64,000 nt of DNA, from contig JAVCCJ010000075.1 in NCBI GenBank assembly GCA_030765585.1, forward strand, positions 37,482 through 101,481, in the 5' to 3' direction. Positions 59,920-64,000 of this stretch are shown here, piece after piece. Numbering within the stretch: the stretch's first letter is position 1; every line of letters starts with the position of its first letter. A program made the translations under genes and the position numbers. Below the pieces are notes generated by a model, which made no database searches, had not been told where the DNA came from, and was given only the letters and a program-made list of their open reading frames with translations. This DNA comes from Candidatus Zapsychrus exili. Its GTDB lineage: Bacteria > Omnitrophota > Gorgyraeia > Zapsychrales > Zapsychraceae.

Positions 59920-62307
59920 ATGAATATTAAAACAAAGATAATCAGTATTTTCTTAATTGCATTTTTTCTGTGTATAGCGAGTTCTGTGCATTCTGAAGAA
60001 GAAGTTGTTAGCCGAGATCAAGAAATATCTGAAATATTGCAAGATGTTTATGAGGAAGAGCTTGTTGTGTCTGAAGAAGCTATGTCTTCTTCAGAGTTTG
60101 TAAAATTGTTATGGGAAGCTTCTAGTAAGAGAGACTTGAAAAGAGTAGAGATCTTAGTAAGCGAATGCCTTGCTTTATATGGTCAAGAGGCAAAACTTTT
60201 AGAGGAGCAATTAGAAGGATTTCCTACAAGAGGAGAGGAAGAAAATTATAAATCTTTAAACGATGTTGCGACTTGTCTTTTTATTAGAGCTGAATTTTAT
60301 ATGAATAGTGGAAAAGGCGAAGAAGCGGTTAAGAAATTTCAAGAAATAATTGTTTTATATCGTTGGGCTCAAGCCTGGGATCCTCGTGGCTGGTATTGGT
60401 CTGTTGCAGAAAAGTCTCAAGCCAGTATAGATGTTTTGACAGGAAAGGCGCAAGAAGAAGCAGATAAAGACCAAGAAAAAGTTGATCTCATCTTGCCTAA
60501 TATTGCTACAAAAGGGACGGAAGATATTATAGATTACAGCAAGTATGGAAAGTTTCTTAATGTAGGAAAAGAGAATTATCATTATTCCATAAAAGATCTT
60601 GATGGTCTAAAGCAGGCTTTAGGAGAAGGTATTTATCCTAATACAAGAGATGTTTATAAAAATCCTAGATATAAAGAAGTTAAAAAAGAAGGTCGTTTAA
60701 ATGGAAGCCATTGGGATTTTGTAAACACGTACGATTTGGAAGCTGCTTATTTTAAATGGGTTGCTGCTCCTGATACTTGGGGAGTTAGACTTTTTTATTT
60801 AGGTATGGTATTTGAGAAATCAGGTATGTATTACGAGGCCCTTAAGGCATACCACTCTTTAATAATACATTTTCCAAAGACAATTGGATGGACATATTGG
60901 CAAACCCCTTGGTATCCTGCACAAGCTGCGATAGCAAAAATTAAATATATTATTCGCTCGCATCCAGAGTTGAATGTTAAAGCTAAATGGATGAAGATTG
61001 AAGTTAAGAACGGTTATGATAATGATGACAAGAATGATACTATTGTGACGTATCCTGGAAGAATTTTGCCAAAAGGTATTATTGATAGGGTTAAAGATGC
61101 ATTTAATTTAGAGGAAAGAGTTATTCTAAAGAAGGTAATTAAAAAGGTTGGGAAAGGCAAGGTTAGACTTGTTCAGTATGATAATGGTCATTGGCAACTT
61201 CTAGTAGAAAATAAGCCTTATGTGATAAAAGGCATTACTTATGTGCCTACTAAGGTAGGGCAAAGCCCTGATAAGGGTACGCTTGTTAATTGGATGGAAG
61301 AAGATAGTAATAAAAATGGTAATATTGACGGTCCATTTGATTCGTGGGTTGATAAAAATAAAAATAACGAGCAAGATGAGGACGAGCCAATTGTAGGTGA
61401 TTTTCAACTTATGAAAGAAATGGGAGCAAATACTTTAAGAATTTATCATGTACCTGAAATTCCAAATAAAGAACTTTTAAGGAAGATGTATAAGGATTAT
61501 GGTATTAGAGTTATTATGGGAGATTTTATTGGTAAATATGCTATAGGTTCTGGAGCTAGTTGGACTGAAGGAACAGATTATGAAAATCTTGATCATAAAA
61601 AGAAAATGCTTGAATCTGTGAGGAAAATGGTAATGGAACATAAAGATGAGCCTTACCTTTTAATGTGGCTTTTAGGAAATGAGAATAATTATGGAGTTGC
61701 TTGTAACGCTGATAAAAAACCAGAGGCATATTTTAAATTTGCAGATGAAGTAGCTAAGATGATTAAGAGTATTGACAAAAATCATCCTGTTGCTGTGAAT
61801 AATGGAGATACTCTTTTCCTAGATGTATTTGCTAAAAATTCTCCTAATGTGGATATTTTCTCAGCGAATGTATATAGAGGAAATTATGGTTTTGGTTCTT
61901 TTTGGGAACAAGTTTTTGACGCTAGCGGAAAGCCTGCATTTATAACAGAATATGGTTGCCCTGCATATGCCCCTCATCTAACTTTAGAAGAAGGTGAGGA
62001 AGTTCAAGCCGAGTATCATAAGGGTAATTGGATGGATATTGAAGAAAATTTTGCTGGACGTAGCACAGGAATTGGAAACTCTTTAGGTGGAGTTACGTTT
62101 GAATGGATGGATGAATGGTGGAAAAATTATGAACCTTATATGCATGATAGAAAATCAGATGCTGTAGGTCCTTTTCCAGGTGGGTATTATTTTGAGGAAT
62201 GGTTTGGACTTGTTAGCCAGGGAAAAGGAAGAGAAAGCCCCTTCTTAAGACAGCCTAGAAAAAGCTATTTTACATATAAAGAGCTTTGGAATCGTAACCT
62301 TCCTTAA
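59920..62307 (+). CDS. secreted two-module protein: N-terminal unrecognised WDPxGWxW domain plus C-terminal clan GH-A (TIM-barrel) glycoside hydrolase-like domain
   Basis: Signal peptide. The N-terminal domain carries SLNDVATCLF...WAQAWDPRGWYWSVAEKS. The C-terminal domain carries GANTLRIYH, the acid/base LLGNENNYG, the nucleophile ITEYGCPAY and an EF-hand/dockerin-like loop DSNKNGNIDGPFD. Confidence 0.55.
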   Translation: MNIKTKIISIFLIAFFLCIASSVHSEEEVVSRDQEISEILQDVYEEELVVSEEAMSSSEFVKLLWEASSKRDLKRVEILVSECLALYGQEAKLLEEQLEGFPTRGEEENYKSLNDVATCLFIRAEFYMNSGKGEEAVKKFQEIIVLYRWAQAWDPRGWYWSVAEKSQASIDVLTGKAQEEADKDQEKVDLILPNIATKGTEDIIDYSKYGKFLNVGKENYHYSIKDLDGLKQALGEGIYPNTRDVYKNPRYKEVKKEGRLNGSHWDFVNTYDLEAAYFKWVAAPDTWGVRLFYLGMVFEKSGMYYEALKAYHSLIIHFPKTIGWTYWQTPWYPAQAAIAKIKYIIRSHPELNVKAKWMKIEVKNGYDNDDKNDTIVTYPGRILPKGIIDRVKDAFNLEERVILKKVIKKVGKGKVRLVQYDNGHWQLLVENKPYVIKGITYVPTKVGQSPDKGTLVNWMEEDSNKNGNIDGPFDSWVDKNKNNEQDEDEPIVGDFQLMKEMGANTLRIYHVPEIPNKELLRKMYKDYGIRVIMGDFIGKYAIGSGASWTEGTDYENLDHKKKMLESVRKMVMEHKDEPYLLMWLLGNENNYGVACNADKKPEAYFKFADEVAKMIKSIDKNHPVAVNNGDTLFLDVFAKNSPNVDIFSANVYRGNYGFGSFWEQVFDASGKPAFITEYGCPAYAPHLTLEEGEEVQAEYHKGNWMDIEENFAGRSTGIGNSLGGVTFEWMDEWWKNYEPYMHDRKSDAVGPFPGGYYFEEWFGLVSQGKGRESPFLRQPRKSYFTYKELWNRNLP

Positions 62308-62410
62308 AAGTTCAAAATTGGCATTTTTCGAAGAAATAGTGTATACTTTATTTTACAATTCTAATATATAATAATATAAGATTAATATTAACATAATAGG
62401 AGGAGAAAGA

Positions 62411-63289
62411 ATGAGAAAGACTTTAACAGTATTTTTGCTGGCAGCTATTTGTTTAGTAGCCCCTAAAATCGCCCTTGCATATAATTTTGGTGATTTTGGA
62501 TCTGCCACTTTGGTTAATAAGGCCTGGCAAGCACATAGTCAAGGAGATGTTGAAGGCGTGTTGGCCTATACAAACAAGTGTCTTGAGCTTTATGCAGAAC
62601 AGGCTCAACAAATGCAAAGTGAGCTTGATAGTTATGTAGAAGGTTCAAATGAAAAGATTTTTGAGAAATGGGCATTGAATGATGTGGCAACTGCTTTGTT
62701 TGTTCAAGCAGAAGCTTATCGTATGGCAGGTATGGCAGAAGAAGCAAGTAAGGTGTACACCAGTATAATTGAGAATTATGCTTATGGGCAAACGTGGGAT
62801 GCAGGCGGATGGTTTTGGAAACCGGCAGAAGCTTCTCGTGATCAATTAAAGATAATTGAGACAGGTTTAGTTTTAGATTTTGGAAATAGTTCTTCTTCAT
62901 TCTTAGTAGGTCAAGCTTGGAAGTCTTTGCATAATAATGCACATGATGCAGTTGTTATTTATGTTAAGAAAGCTTTAGAACTATATGAAGGCGAAGCAAA
63001 AAATATGCAAGATTCTCTGACAGAATATCCTTGGGAATCTAATGATAAAATTCTTACATATTGGGCATTAAATGATATTGGAACTGCTCTTTTTATCTTG
63101 GGCGAATCTTATAAAAAAGTAGAAGACCGAGAAGGAGCTAGAGAGGCATATAAGAAATTAATTAATGATTTTTATTATGCTCAGTGTTGGGATCCTAAAG
63201 GATGGTTTTGGAAACCAGCAGAAGTTGCTCAGCAAGCACTAGAAGATCTAGGCAACCTTCCAGATACAAATCTTGAAAGATTTAAATAA
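62411..63289 (+). CDS. secreted protein made of two tandem copies of the WDPxGWFWKPAE domain
   Basis: Signal peptide. Repeat 1 carries ALNDVATALF...GQTWDAGGWFWKPAEAS; repeat 2 carries ALNDIGTALF...AQCWDPKGWFWKPAEVA. Paralogous to the N-terminal domain of 59920..62307. Confidence 0.45.
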   Translation: MRKTLTVFLLAAICLVAPKIALAYNFGDFGSATLVNKAWQAHSQGDVEGVLAYTNKCLELYAEQAQQMQSELDSYVEGSNEKIFEKWALNDVATALFVQAEAYRMAGMAEEASKVYTSIIENYAYGQTWDAGGWFWKPAEASRDQLKIIETGLVLDFGNSSSSFLVGQAWKSLHNNAHDAVVIYVKKALELYEGEAKNMQDSLTEYPWESNDKILTYWALNDIGTALFILGESYKKVEDREGAREAYKKLINDFYYAQCWDPKGWFWKPAEVAQQALEDLGNLPDTNLERFK

Positions 63290-63309
63290 TATTTGAAGTT
63301 TTAATTTAA

Positions 63310-63357
63310 CCTAATGTCAATTTTATAATTTTTAAATTGGCATTAGGTAGTTTTGTT
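63310..63357 (+). terminator. terminator-like hairpin CCTAATGtCAAT-N14-ATTGGCATTAGG followed by a T-rich tract
   Basis: 12-bp stem with one mismatch, then TAGTTTTGTTT. Downstream of 62411..63289. Confidence 0.4.
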
Positions 63358-63377
63358 TAATAAGGAAAGTTTAATTA

Positions 63378-64000
63378 ATGTTAGTAAAAAAGTTTTTATT
63401 TGTATTAGTTTGTATATGTTTTTTATTTTCAGGGTGTTCAGAGTACAATAAAAGTAAAGAACAATCCCCTGTTGATTTAGATCAAAAATCTCTTTATGTA
63501 TCTGATATAGCAGATGTATTTGATAATAAAATATTGAATGTAAAACAAAAAGATGTCGTTGATTATAGCTCTTTAGAAGAATCAGTTGTATATCAAGAGT
63601 ATGGCGTCGAGCAAACAGCAGGAAATACATTGCAGCAAGCTTTTGAACCTTTTTATGTTTATTATGAAAAAGGTTCTCCTCAAAATCATTATATACCCTC
63701 AGGTTTTATGCCAAACGGAAAATGTCTTTCTTTAAGTGATGGATGGATGTCGGATTGTCATTCTGCGCAGACATGTATAAAGGTAGAGTATGATTTACAA
63801 TGTTCAAGACAGGATCAAAGATGGGCAGGAATTTATTGGTTAAATCCAGCAAATAATTGGGGAGGCCGAAAAGGTGGATTTAATCTGACTGGTGCAGAGA
63901 AATTAGTTTTTTGGGCAAAGGGAAATAAAGGCGGAGAGCAGATAAACGAAGTTATAGTCGGTGGAATTTCTGGAGATTATCCTGATTCAGATAAAACTTG
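63378..64000 (+). CDS. secreted lipoprotein, partial (runs off the window end)
   Basis: RBS AAGGAAAG. Signal peptide with lipobox LFSGCS. Open frame to the window end (not in the ORF track because no stop falls inside the window). Confidence 0.5.
   Translation, partial: MLVKKFLFVLVCICFLFSGCSEYNKSKEQSPVDLDQKSLYVSDIADVFDNKILNVKQKDVVDYSSLEESVVYQEYGVEQTAGNTLQQAFEPFYVYYEKGSPQNHYIPSGFMPNGKCLSLSDGWMSDCHSAQTCIKVEYDLQCSRQDQRWAGIYWLNPANNWGGRKGGFNLTGAEKLVFWAKGNKGGEQINEVIVGGISGDYPDSDKT

Noticed and set aside
59920-62307. Cellulosomal dockerin in the GH-A protein (DSNKNGNIDGPFD loop)
   Set aside because: Only a single EF-hand-like loop is present, not the duplicated two-segment dockerin module. It is more likely a structural Ca2+ site.

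Overview
This is an AT-rich bacterial chromosomal segment, probably from an uncultivated lineage. Almost all genes are on the + strand; only uppP and a CvpA-like gene are on the - strand. From start to end, the window contains the following.

- **Envelope and small housekeeping genes (12..9588):** a frameshifted YfhO-family membrane protein, TPR and SGNH-hydrolase-like genes, rsmE, uppP (-), a TadA-like deaminase, trmB and a D-Ala-D-Ala carboxypeptidase.
- **Disulfide, ribosomal and amino-sugar genes (9718..13576):** a DsbA-like oxidoreductase, a divergent bL27-like gene, glmS and rsmI.
- **Pyrimidine operon (13594..20025):** pyrR-pyrB-pyrC-(LOG-like)-pyrK-(TauE-like)-pyrD-pyrF, preceded by a promoter and a PyrR-type leader.
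- **Reduced V-type ATPase operon (20123..27339):** subunits E, a hypothetical gene, A, B, D, I and K, in the spirochaete/chlamydia-type gene order.
- **tRNA unit (27348..27663):** promoter, tRNA-Val(UAC), tRNA-Asp(GUC) and an intrinsic terminator.
- **Transport and folate branch (27776..32893):** MscS, a CPA2 cation/proton antiporter with a small coupled ORF, a CsaA-like tRNA-binding protein, and pabB plus a pabC-like gene.
- **Regulators and sugar-related genes (33093..39952):** an Lrp/AsnC regulator, an aspartate aminotransferase, a PilZ-TM-glycosidase-like fusion, a decayed GIY-YIG pseudogene, YjbQ and a PfkB kinase.
- **Housekeeping and a four-gene cassette (40213..47349):** era, nnrE and nth, then the tightly packed cassette described below.
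- **Ribosomal, purine and tRNA-modification genes (47558..52819):** an rpsU gene missing from the ORF track, purH, folC, mnmE and cvpA-like (-).
- **Carbohydrate locus (53207..64000):** two stand-alone PilZ genes, a GH94-like (alpha/alpha)6 enzyme, an ABC sugar transporter, a clan GH-A glycosidase fused to an unrecognised repeated domain, a paralogous two-repeat secreted protein and a partial lipoprotein.

The most notable candidates are these:

- **Split Mg2+ transporter (42643..45182).** An MgtE N-domain/CBS soluble protein overlaps an NRAMP-related transporter whose metal-site motifs are changed (DPGN to DAGG, MPH to APW). I read this as a split Mg2+-sensing regulator plus Mg2+ transporter.
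- **Ddl-like ATP-grasp ligase plus KamA-family radical-SAM aminomutase (45186..47349)** sit directly downstream in the same cassette; the pair is unexplained.
- **Palindromic MITE-like repeat family (12775..12904, 18314..18338, 24974..25104)** with TGTCAT...ATGACA ends.
- **c-di-GMP (PilZ)-linked glycan-utilisation locus (53207..64000)** with an unrecognised WDPxGWFWKPAE repeat domain present in three copies.
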